DNA of 63,052 nt, filler included, from Octopus bimaculoides (Eukaryota): NCBI RefSeq assembly GCF_001194135.2. It is 4 parts of 3 records of this genome, joined end to end, with 100 filler letters (N's around TTAATTAATTAA, not from the genome) between each part and the next. Parts side by side here need not be neighbours in the genome. Positions count along the whole stretch, not along the records: positions 1 to 30,152 come from NC_068981.1; positions 30,253 to 49,832 come from NC_069006.1; 2 more parts are not named here. The stretch is one strand, 5' to 3'. Positions 23,561-35,299 of this stretch are shown in pieces (positions within the stretch are counted from its first letter, which is position 1; the number at the start of each line of letters is the position of its first letter). A program made the translations under genes and the position numbers. The notes beneath the pieces are model-generated. The model had not been told where the DNA came from. It saw nothing but the letters and a program-made list of their open reading frames with translations, and ran no database searches.

Positions 23561-26500
23561 CTATGCATAACACAGTATAACTAAAAATGCTAAAACTCAT
23601 GTATAACAGACATCTACAATCAAACACACATTCTAGCATAAAAACACGCACACATACTCATATGCAGGCTCACACAAACAATTCAATAATGATTTTTTCA
23701 CAACGAGAGCAGAGGAAGATTTTTTGAGAAATTGCAAAACTATTTCGTTGATAATTTGCACTTTATGCATATAAGTATGCCGTTCATTGATAAAGAATGT
23801 TATCGAAAGAGCAATGTGACAACAAAATATGAACGTGAGACCACTTGTAAATCTTTTGTTACGCAAAAGAAGTTTCAGTTCGAATTTTCTCAAATTGCAG
23901 ATTTTTCTCAGTTTTAGACCCCTGAATTTTTTATGCTCAGTACGAAATATTCGTAGAATCTTTTGTCACGAAGTCGTTTTAGATTTGATTCCTTTTCTAT
24001 AACATACGCGAAATCTATATTATCAGAATCGTCAAAAATACATTAGCGCTGTCGTGTGGAAGTGGCTTCTAATATTGTTGATCAGTGTTCAAGCACAAAC
24101 AAATGTCTATATTTATGATGCTTTGGAAACTGTGACTTATAATCCAGATTTGTTCGAGACAGATCAAGTAGTCATAAAGCAGATACTACCTTAATCTACA
24201 AAATATACGTACATATTTCGAACTAAGTCCGGGTATATTAGTGATTTACAAATTGCTGACTTTGATCTGACGTAAATAAGACTAAATGTGATTATGGACT
24301 TCACATTGCGTTACCGAGGCAATAAGACCAGTTACTTTAATCCTAGTAAATATAATCTGCTGACATTTCAAACTTAATATGCACGTAGCATATTGTGAAT
24401 ATGATATAAAGAAAATCAGTTAAATGCTGTTATGAATGTAAAAGAATCCGTTGAGCTCAGACGTTTCTATACAGTTAATTTTCTTGGACGTATTAAGGCC
24501 TTTTAAGAATGATATGGATCTTATGTTTACTGAATTTGTAGCAATTTGGAATTTTAAGTTGGCAGCATTTTCTTTTCACTTTTTCAACAAACGTCTACCT
24601 ACTCTTCAAACATTGATACAATAACATATAAAAATAAAAATATATAATCGTTGTGGCATAGGAGAGGAATTTTATTTCAAAATGTCTAGTTAAACACTGT
24701 AACGATTTAATCATTTACACTCAACTACACACGTCCATTATTCTATATATTTCGGAGTATTTCTCATAGCTGTAACAAAATATATGCCATATATCTTCCG
24801 AATTCAACCATGATTATCACGTATCTTCACATAAAAACCTTTCTTGCAAAGATACACACAAGCAGAACTAGTTAGTTTTGCGAGCTGTTATAAACCGTTT
24901 GAAGAAAATACGTAATATATACTCTCGTGTGGAATGGATCAATTATATAAACGCATTGAAAACTTTTTCGCTGGAAGCCATAAAAGATGTTACCGTTGTG
25001 CTTGTAGGGCGACATGCATACTGTGTGAGATTAAAGATATAAACACACGCCCANNNNNNNNNNNNNNNNNNNNNNNNNNNNNNNNNNNNNNNNNNNNNNN
25101 NNNNNNNNNNNNNNNNNNNNNNNNNNNNNNNNNNNNNNNNNNNNNNNNNNNNNCGTCTTGAGTTCAAATTTCGTCAAGGTCGACTTTCCTTTTATCCATT
25201 TCGGATCCATTTCGTACCGATTGTTTAATTAATTTTTTTAAACTAAACACTTTGAAACTTCCGATAATGTTAGAATGTGTCACATAGAGCAGGGTTTGCA
25301 CTTAACGTTTTTGACAAAATTTTGTATTTTAGAAGCTATTTCATCAAAATTTACAGAGTGACAATGGACAAATTCGTGTTTAAGTGCCAATAGACGAAAC
25401 TCTCAGCTTTTGACTTATTCGCTAACTTCTGCCAATGATATATATATATATATTGTTGTTGGCACTCATTTAAGCTATTACATACTGTACAAGGACATAT
25501 CTAATGCAAATTGACGAAGTCATTAGAATGTTGTATTAGCTTGGCGTAATCGTTTCAGTTACTTGTTCTGTAATCTCGATTTACATCATGGTCAACTTTG
25601 CTTTTCATAGCAAACTACGAATCCTGCATAGAAACCGATGCCATTTCTCACTGTTTCTTTATTTACAATATACAAGATGATATGGAACGGGGATGATGAG
25701 GGAGTAACATTCGTCATATTTCAAAACGGCATCCCTAAAATTTCAAAATCTGAGCGTGAATGCGAAACTTATATGTACAATTCAAACTTAGACATAAATC
25801 TTAAATGAAACTATTTCCTGCTGAAGGTATAGATTTGACGAAGTTAATTAAAATAGAATGTAAGAAGCGAAACAGGTGATCTACCTTGACATAAATAAAT
25901 ATTTCACAGACATTGTTTCATCATAACCGAAGTCATATAACAAATCACGCTGAGAAGAGTTCATTTGCCGTTAGTGTATTGATATAAATTTTTGATAAAG
26001 ATACACTTAACCTGGTAAAGAGCACTAAAAAAATAAAAATAAAGAGCGGCATTTTCTTCCATAGTATTCAAAATTCAAGGATACAGAAAAGAACGACATT
26101 ATTTCCCTAATAGTATTTCAAACAACATTGGGGGAAAAAAAGAATCACGAATTAAATATTCTATATTTGAAAATTAATAGAAAATGGAAATAAACGTGTA
26201 AATAGTGTTTCTGCATTGGACACAATGGTATAACCTTTTTGTCAGATTTCTCCGGATACACAATATTAATACTCCAGAGAAGAGTACAAATAAAATATTT
26301 TAAATTGGTCATCGGTTCGACTGATTTCTGAAAACCTATTTAATTCATAACGTCCCCTTCCCTTTTGAAGTAAAATGAAGGATATATTGCCTGGAAAGAA
26401 AAATACGGATGCGTAAGCGCTTTTGGTCAATTTTAGCTCAGAGTTTAACATATCTCTACTTTGTAAACTGAGGATTTAAAACTATTTTATTTCAATGAAA

Positions 26501-28579
26501 CAGTAAGCGCATGCTAAGTGTTTTTATATGTCCCGTTTAGATACTTTCTTTTAAGCTGTTAAAAGCGCACAACCAAGATAAAATTATCATTGAATCTCAT
26601 CCAATACACAAATGTAACAAGTGCTCTGAATTTTTTTTTAGTGTAACGCATATTAAACAAAAATCATGTTATGAAAAAGATATTCGTCAGACATGTCAAT
26701 TGTGGTTTAGTCTGCGAACCGATTTTCTGCATAGTCGAATGAATATAAAATGACGTTAAGGTATATTTGATCCAAACATAGTAATTACGGTTTTACGTTT
26801 ACACAAAAGGAATGGGGGTGAAAAAGGAGGATCGAAGGGCGCACAAATGTATTTTGTCGCAGATTATAGTGTTGCTTATGCCTTACTTACCGAGGATTTT
26901 TAAGTGGATTGATTTTTTTTCTTTTAAGTTTCACCATTATACGTATTAATACTCCGAAATCAGCGAAAGCCATCACTACATACATACACAAAGAGTCGCA
27001 TATGTATGTATGTACTCACACGTGTCTACGTACATAACTACCCTTGGATCTATAGACTCACAGGAGGGTGGATTCATATGAAAAAGCAAGTGAATAAGAT
27101 GAAACACTTCCAGAAAACATTGCATAGAATGAGTAGTGTTGCCCCATTATAGGCATTTATGCTCCAGTCAAAAGAAATCAACTCGTAAATAGACAAAACC
27201 CTGGAGTCCAATACACACGTATGTACGCTTGAATATAATCTAAGAATATTTTCATTTCTAGCCACTCACCCAATAATTATTTCAGCCAAATTTGGTGAAA
27301 ATCTGTTCAGCCGTTTTCCAGTCATTTTACAAATACAGGCAAACCGACAAAGACGACTGATTACAACATGCGGTTTTCGCTTACACATGCAGGGTAAATA
27401 TTTTTCAGGTATCTACATAATTATGTGCCGTTATTGTAGTTGTGTTCGTTATCGTTATTCGTAAAATATGAAGCTAACTTTTGAATTAGGTAACAGATTT
27501 CATACAATGAAAATCGATTCACAAATCACCTAAAAGCAGCTGCTCTAATATACAGGAAGTAAACTTCTAAAAAATTTGAAACAAAAGACAAATTACAAGT
27601 CTTGGCAAAATGGCAAAATGATATTCATGTCGAAGTAGTGTGACGTTTTGTTCAAAATATTTCCACAGGTCGGACTGTACATTAAATTATTTCCGATGTC
27701 CGTTTAATACAAAAGGACATTGATGCACAGCACTTCCACAAGAAATGTTGTCGCATTAATATGATTTCATATCCAGGTTCACGATTTCAATAGGAAGCCA
27801 AGATATTTGAACGAGATTACAGTAATCATTAGCACGCTATTTATGAAGATATAGTTTAATTCTTTTAATTACCTTAAGTTAGCTTTTGTTATATTATTTA
27901 AAATGTACTAAAACAGGTTTTTATACCAAATTATGTAACCTACAAACGTGAAGCACATGAAGGATACTTAAATGTAATACAAATATGCTAATCTAGTCAA
28001 TTATACACATTTGAATTTGCATTAACGACAAACAATTTGGAAAAATTGGCAGTATAAATGAGAAGCCATTTCCAGTAAATGAAGTTTCAGTAAATGTTTC
28101 TGCAACCCAATTATGTATAATCATTAAAGCACACCAGAAAGTAATAAATTCGGGTATATCATTTATTACAATGTCAGTTTTCTTTTAATATGAATTACAA
28201 TGGTTCTGCAGAAAAAAAAAACATGATTTCTATTTAAAATGTACATTGGAATAATTTTAGTACTGTGGAAACTAAAGATTAGCAGCAGATGGATATATAG
28301 AAATAAAGTTTCAGCGTTTGTTTTTTTTTTTAAGCGTTGAACAAAATTTTCCACATAACTTTTTAATCTATGATAAACATTTTCTCAGGAAGACCAGATT
28401 TAGAAATAGACAAAAGCTAAGTAGTTGATCACAATCACGAAAAAGTAATATATAATCGAATGTCATTTACGATTTATAAAATTTAAAGCTTAATTACTTA
28501 TGTTAGTTCATCTAGAGGTGGTAGAAAAGTTTAAGGGTGCTGATATATATTGATACCTTAATAATGAAAAAAATGCGTC

Positions 28580-29129
28580 TCATGCTGTTGGAGGTAGTTG
28601 TAAAGGGGATAGTTCAATCTCATGTGTGCGTAGTTGTGGATCATAGACTACTGGATTTCGTAAACGTTTGTATACACAATAAACACATATAGAAAATAAA
28701 ACTACACCTAAAGATACTGCAAGGATACCTATAATGTAGGAATGATTAGATTTTGTATCAGGAACATTGGGAGTTGTCGGATAATCTGAAGTTGTTGCAG
28801 TAGTTCCAATTTCTGAGGTAAAATTGGTGTTGTCAGACATGGTGGAATCATTTGGAGAAACACGTTCAATTGCTGGATTATTTGTCACACTCGGTGAATT
28901 CAAAACCGACCGCTTGAAAATCCTCGCCGCTCCTTTCAATATATGAGGTTTCCTATCAGTCACTTCCAGGGTAAAATTCTGCTTAAACCTCCGTGATAAG
29001 TACAATGTAGTATTATTATCAAAAGAGTAGTATTCGTGTCCTCTGCATGTCAAGTTTCCAAACGTTAGATTTTTCAATGCCGGACGAATTTTCAGCCGCT
29101 TGCCATAAACTGAATCATTAGATTTACTA
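28580..29129 (-). CDS. Uncharacterised type I single-pass membrane protein, C-terminal ~182 aa (5' part in or beyond gap 29130-29306)
   Basis: Uninterrupted frame with about 9 N-glycosylation sequons, a Ser/Thr/Pro stalk, TM YIIGILAVSLGVVLFSICVYCVY, stop-transfer KRLR and a short tail ending TGA. AATAAA lies on the minus strand at 28162-28167. Confidence 0.7.
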
Positions 29130-30115
29130 NNNNNNNNNNNNNNNNNNNNNNNNNNNNNNNNNNNNNNNNNNNNNNNNNNNNNNNNNNNNNNNNNNNNNNN
29201 NNNNNNNNNNNNNNNNNNNNNNNNNNNNNNNNNNNNNNNNNNNNNNNNNNNNNNNNNNNNNNNNNNNNNNNNNNNNNNNNNNNNNNNNNNNNNNNNNNNN
29301 NNNNNNATATAGGTGTGTTTTGGGCTATGCCACTTTGAAAAGAAATTGCGTTTTGCAGTACATCCTTTGAAAAGTAGTCTGTCCTTACATATAAAATAAT
29401 AGAATTGACCTCTATTTTTGTTCGTATTATAACAATTTTTCGACAGGAGCAACTTACGAACAAAACAATTACATTCATATCAAACGGTTTCTTGAAGCCG
29501 GTTTCGAATCTCTAATTACCTCATTTCTTTTCTCTCTTATTGTATGGGGAAAGACCCTTAATATTCCGATGCATGACAGTGCTAAATAATTGAGAGAAAT
29601 ATTATACCTTACTACTCATGAATAAATAACGTTACTGTCCTCTTAAACACGTATAACCTTTTGATATTTATCAGTCAAAAGATGATAAATGTCTAAAGCA
29701 ATAAATACAGAAAATCATGAAGGCAGTAGAAATTATATTGCTCAGGTGTAGTGTTATGTTTGAGATACATAGCTATATTTTCAGTAGATATATATTAAAA
29801 ATCATTCATTACAGTAAATTATATCCCCAAATCCCCAACAATTTCTTTATGCGTGTATGATGTGTATGAATGTATTAGGTGAGTTTGTAGATTCGCTAAT
29901 GTATCTTTAAGAATAATTCTTCCTATTTGGTTCGATACTTTTGATTCTTAGTTCAAATACCACATCATTATTCCTTACCCTTCTGTCGTCTATACTGTAA
30001 AGTAATAGTGAAGTATAAAACACAGTGCGGCTCATTACACCCGAACCCCGCATTTAATAATTAGTAGGTACAAGTGTAAATCAGAAACCACCATGCATGT
30101 GTTTGTGTATTCATA

Positions 30116-30152
<37 letters not shown>

Positions 30153-30252
30153 NNNNNNNNNNNNNNNNNNNNNNNNNNNNNNNNNNNNNNNNNNNNTTAA
30201 TTAATTAANNNNNNNNNNNNNNNNNNNNNNNNNNNNNNNNNNNNNNNNNNNN
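30153..30252. other. Artificial scaffold spacer N44-TTAATTAATTAA-N44
   Basis: Exactly 100 bp; the identical structure recurs at 49833-49932 and 54766-54865. Confidence 0.9.
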
Positions 30253-30270
30253 ACATATATACACATATAT

Positions 30271-30420
30271 ACGACGGGCTTCTTTCTGTCTCCGTCTACC
30301 AAATCCACTCAAAAGGCTTTGGTTGGCCTGAGGCTATAGTAGAAGACACTTGCCCAAGGTTCCATGCAGTGAGACTGAACCCAGAACCATGTGGTTGGTA
30401 AGCAAGCTACTTACCACACA
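30271..30420 (-). mobile_element. SINE family A head
   Basis: Reverse complement of the family A head (CACTTGCCCAAGG...GACTGAACCC...AGCTACTTACCACAC). Confidence 0.85.
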
Positions 30421-30779
30421 TATAAACACGTATGGGTATGTATGTATGTATATAATATATATATATATATAAATAAATACGTTTGTGAATTTGTGAGTTT
30501 TCAGAAAGTGAATCAGTTACACATACTTTCACAAAATCTTTTTCAGTTTGAATGTCAGATGAAATATTGCCACATGCTTCCTAAATTTAGTATCGAACTC
30601 TTCCCTTGTTCTACAGGATTTTTAACAGATATAACTTCAAAGTAAGTTACAGCCGCTGAGATAATTTTGCCTCTTTTTTAGCTAGATGTAAGAATAATTA
30701 GTTATCTTTTTTCTGCCGCTTGTATTCACGGTCGTACTTTTTCACTAAGTTCCCAATACTGATGACCACAGGTGAGGAT

Positions 30780-31860
30780 AGACACGAAAACTGAAAGACA
30801 TCGAGTTTAGCTTTTTGTATCAACCCTCCATTTTCTGAAGATTAAATGCAAGAGCTTGTGCATTACTGTACCAGCAGCTTGCACTTCCGGTATCCATTTC
30901 AGCCCGCTGCTTCCCACCACTTGTGAGTAAGGCCCTGAGATACTGGAACTTCTCCATTTGTCTCAGTGATGTTCCACTGGCATGCAGAATGCTCTGGGAC
31001 AAATTTCTAGAAAGAACCAATATCTCAGTCTTCGCAACACCAAGTCTCATCCCTACTTTCAGCCCTCAACAGAGAACCCAGCCTGTGCCTGTTGGAGACC
31101 ATCTTCTGATGAACCAAAGTAGCACCATGTCGTCTGCAAATATCAACCGACCAATACCACACCCACCGATTGTGCTACCACTTCCATAACGGCTGCTTAT
31201 GTCAATCCACTTCAGAAAAATTACGGGAAGAAGTGACAGTACGCACCCCTGCGGGAGGCCAATACCCGCTTCGAAAGGTTTTGACTTGAGCACGATTAAC
31301 CTGAACACAGGTATCTTGGTATTCATAAAAGAATTTCACTGCACCAGAAGTTTTCCATTAATCCCAAACTTCTGTAAAGCCCTCTACAGTTTATTTCATA
31401 ACATGCGGTTATATGCCTTTTTGAGGTTTGCAAAGCAAGCAAATATCTCTTGGCAATATTCCCACAATTTCTCAAAGACCAGCTGTAGAGTGAATATCTG
31501 GTTCGTTGTGCTGCACCATGATGGAAGCCACACTATTCTTCAACAAGCTTTGGCTCCACAATTTCTGTATATCTCTTTTCCAGACATCTAGCGTAGATTT
31601 TACCAGGAAAGTTCAACAAAGCGTTTCCTCTATAATTAGAGCCTTCTCTCTCACCTCCCTTTTTAAAACTTGGGATAATCACCCTGGATTGGCATTGCTT
31701 TGATGTCTTTCCAGGGGTCCAAGCCACTTGACATGCAAGTGTCAGCCAGAAAATACCGCCTGTATTTAAGGCTTTTAATATCTCGGACCGAATTTCATCC
31801 TCACCAGTGGCCTTACCACATTTAATCGCCTCTATGACTTCACCCTATTTAAATGCACCT
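30780..31860 (-). mobile_element. RTE-clade LINE reverse transcriptase fragment
   Basis: IIPSFKKGGEREGSNYRGNALL..PGKIYARCLE, GIGLPQGCVLS and LIFADDMVLL. Confidence 0.9.
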
Positions 31861-32600
31861 TGAACCCATCCGAGTTTTTAATGACCAGTGTGGAAGAAGG
31901 CTTCCAGTTACGAAGTCATAATATGGTCTGCCAGAATACTTTATTAATCAATCGAAATGATGGAGAAGTTTTACCTGACTTCTGTGCTGGGAATGGGATC
32001 GCCATTCTGAGCACATCCTTCCAGCACAGGGACATCCATAAGTATACCTGGCATTAGGATACTTTGGTTCAGAGATCAGAGAGAGATTTTGTTATCGTCT
32101 CTTACCTCTTTGATTCTGTGCTGGACGTTCGTGTAAAGAGAAGGGTAAGATTATCAACTGACCACCACCTTGTTATCTGCAACTTGAGACTATCTCGTAA
32201 GTTGGACTGGACTTACCAATTTTGTCAGTTCTTCCAATTATAGAGAAAGTTAGAAGCCCTGGTAGATGACAAATCTGTGGCAGCCAAATTAAAAGGCCTT
32301 TCTGAACAAATTGAAGACGTCGAGACAGAATGGCGATTGATCTGTTTGCTAGTTTCTTCTTTGTCTGTAAAATGCTGAGGACGAAAGTGACCCAGTGTGA
32401 CGCCAGGTGGTAAAAGCAGCATTTGGTTCAACCAGGAAGTTTAAAATGGTATCTGAGCAAAGAAGGACGCTTACAAAGCTTGGCTTGGAAACAACACTCA
32501 CCGTTTTACGCAAGCGGCACACAGAGGCACAAATTGTTGCAGCAGAGACAGCAAAAACGTCCAACGCCAAGTCATGGAAGGAATATGGGGGTTAAACGGA
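31861..32600 (+). mobile_element. RTE-clade LINE endonuclease/linker fragment, inverted relative to the adjacent RT
   Basis: NRNDGEVLPDFCAGNGIAILSTSFQHRDIHKYTW, VLDVRVKR...STDHHLVICNL and KSWKEYG. Confidence 0.85.
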
Positions 32601-32669
32601 CTCAGTTCACCAGTATCCAAGCACATATTCATGTGGGTTGGATTGGAAAATCACGCTAAATTGTAAAAG

Positions 32670-32885
32670 TTCATATTCCGGGTTCAGTCCCACTGCGCGG
32701 CACCTTGGGCAAGTGTTTACTACTATAGCCTCGGGCCGACCAAAGCCTTGTGAGTGGATTTGGTAGAAGGAAACTCGTCATATATATGTATATGTATGTG
32801 TGCGTATATGTTTGTCCCCCTAACATCGCTTGACAACCGATGCTGGTGTATTTACGACCCCGTAACTTAGCGGTTCGGCAAAAGA
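32670..32885 (+). mobile_element. SINE family A
   Basis: GGTTCAGTCCCACTGCGCGGCACCTTGGGCAAGTG...CTTAGCGGTTCGGCAAAAGA. Confidence 0.85.
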
Positions 32886-33069
32886 NNNNNNNNNNNNNNN
32901 NNNNNNNNNNNNNNNNNNNNNNNNNNNNNNNNNNNNNNNNNNNNNNNNNNNNNNNNNNNNNNNNNNNNNNNNNNNNNNNNNNNNNNNNNNNNNNNNNNNN
33001 NNNNNNNNNNNNNNNNNNNNNNNNNNNNNNNNNNNNNNNNNNNNNNNNNNNNNNNNNNNNNNNNNNTAT

Positions 33070-33460
33070 ATTACTCTTTTACTTGTTTCAGTCATTTGAC
33101 TGCGGCCATGCTGGAGCACCGCCTTCAGTCGAGCAAATCGACCCCAGGACTTATTCTTTAGAAGCCTAGTACTTATTCTATCGATCTTTTGCCGAACCGC
33201 TAAGTTACGGGGTCGTAAATACACCAGCATCGGTTGTCAAGCGATGTTGGGGGCAGGGGGGAACAAACACAAACATATATATATATATACACACACGACG
33301 GTCTTCTTTCAGTTTCCGTCTACCAAATCCACTCACAAAGGTTTGGTCGGCCCGAGGCTAAAGTAGAAGACACACTTGTCCAAGTTGTCACGCAGTGGGA
33401 CTGAACCCAGAACCATGTGGTTGGTAAGCAAGCTACTTACCACACAGCCACTCCTGCGCC
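33070..33460 (-). mobile_element. SINE family A, near full length
   Basis: Minus strand starts GGCGCAGGAGTGGCTGTGTGGTAAG and ends with ...GACTGAAACAAGTAAAAGAGT. Confidence 0.9.
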
Positions 33461-33911
33461 TATATATATACACACACACACACGAACAGCAGGAGCATGA
33501 AACGAGTAGCGAAATATAAATTAAGTCCCAATAAATTGTACATGTGAACACTTATATGTCGATAACTGCATATATGCCTCTTTCGCTTCTGTAAGTTTCA
33601 AGTACTAAGAAAGTGTATACGAAGGCACGCGCGTCCATATGAAAATATCTGATGCTCAACCCAAGGGATATAACTCAATGTTTCCTTAAACATTATCTCC
33701 CTTGATGAAAACCTTCATTTTCCGCTAAGTAAAAAATGGCTACCACTGAGAACCGAATTCTCGTCCCAGTTCGAATGTTTCACCCACATGATTTTGATAT
33801 ACGTACAAGCCCCGGTGACTTTGATATGCATACAAGCACCAATCAGCCTCTCTTGAATAGAGACATCAAAACATCACTCATGCATCCTTATGTTACATAT
33901 AAACAATTATA

Positions 33912-34305
33912 TGCAGGCGTGACTGTATGGTAAAAAGCTTGCTTTACAACCACATGGTTCCGAGTTCAGTCCCACTGCATGGCACCTTGTATGTCTTCTA
34001 CTATAGCTTCAGGCTGACCAAAGCCTTGTGAGTGGATTTGGTGGAAGGAAACTGAAAGAAGCCCGTCACACACACATGTTTGTGTGTGTGTGTGTCCTTT
34101 TGTCTATATTTGCCCCCCCCCCCCCCACCATCGCTTGACAACCAGTCTTGGTTTGTTTACATGCCCATAACTTAACGGTTCAGCAGAAAGACACCAATAA
34201 AATAAGTACCAGGCTTGAAAAATAAATACTGAGGTCGACTCATTCAACTAAAACCCTTCAAGGCAGTGCTCCAGCATGGCCACAGGCTAATGGCTGTAAC
34301 AGATA
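33912..34305 (+). mobile_element. SINE family A
   Basis: Both head and tail are homologous to the other family A copies. Confidence 0.85.
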
Positions 34306-34379
34306 AGCCAGAAACACTGTAGAAAGCCCATAAAACTAATTTATAATAGTACAACACCTACAATGGAGTACAATTGAAG

Positions 34380-34900
34380 TACACTTTCGAAATCAAATTC
34401 GATGACAGCACCGCATGACTGGCATCTGTGCCAGTGGAGCGCTAACAGCACTATCCAAGCATGATCGTTGCTAGAGCAGCTGACTGGCTTCCATGCCAGT
34501 GGCATGTAAAAAGCACCATTCGAGCGTGATCGTTACCAGCGTCGCCTTACTGGCTCTTGTGCCGATGGCACGTGAAAAAAATTATTCGAATGAGGTCATT
34601 GCCAGTGCCACTAGACTGGCTCCTGTGCAGGTGGCACGTAAAAAACACCATTTGAGCCGGCCAGGTAGAAGCCTGCACCAGACTTCTGTAACTGTTTCAT
34701 AGGATTTTTACAGCTGGATGCCCATCCTAACACCTAGCAGAATGGACATTGTGCTTTTTACGTGGCACAAGCACAGGTGGGGGTCAGTTTTAGCATGATT
34801 TTTACAGCTGGATGCCCTTCCAAATGCCACCCACTTTATAGTGTGGACTGGGTGCTCTTTAAGTGGCAACTGCACTGACAGGGTCAAGTACTTGCAAGAC
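34380..34900. mobile_element. Dispersed repeat family D (GCTGGATGCCCTTCC..GCCAACCAC motif), composite
   Basis: The motif recurs near 37.8, 41.7, 48.8, 55.8 and 57.9 kb. Confidence 0.6.
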
Positions 34901-35299
34901 AAAAAAAAAAAAATTTGAGAGGGGAAGGGTCATTGGAGGAGGTGATCTTGTGTCAGATGATGAAAGATTAGAATGTGGCAGAGAGACAGAAACAGGTGTC
35001 TTGCTGTAGAGGAAGTACAAGGTTACCCAGGCGGAGAGAGAGAGAGAGAGAGATCAGGAATGAAGACAGAAACCGGTGCAAAGTAAACACTTGGTTACTC
35101 AACCTGAGGGAAGTAAACACATGGTTACCCAACCTGAGGGAAATGCAGGAGGATAGAGAGTGGGATAGAGATGGTGGCAAAGTGTCAGGCATACACAATG
35201 ATACAGTGAGACAAGGCATGGGTGGAACAAAGAGGTCAGAAGCTAGCAGATAGGTTTGTTGTGGTAGAGTGTGTGGGAAATTTTCTTAAGTGTGGGTGG

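Noticed and set aside
23560-23640. CTAG at 23633-23636 as the Helitron 3' terminus
   Set aside because: There is no convincing subterminal hairpin and no following T.
29310-29480. NKNRGQFYYFIC...GC...NFFSKW as a GRF zinc finger
   Set aside because: The Cys spacing and GRF motif are imperfect, and the segment appears to belong to an extracellular domain; the resemblance alone is insufficient.
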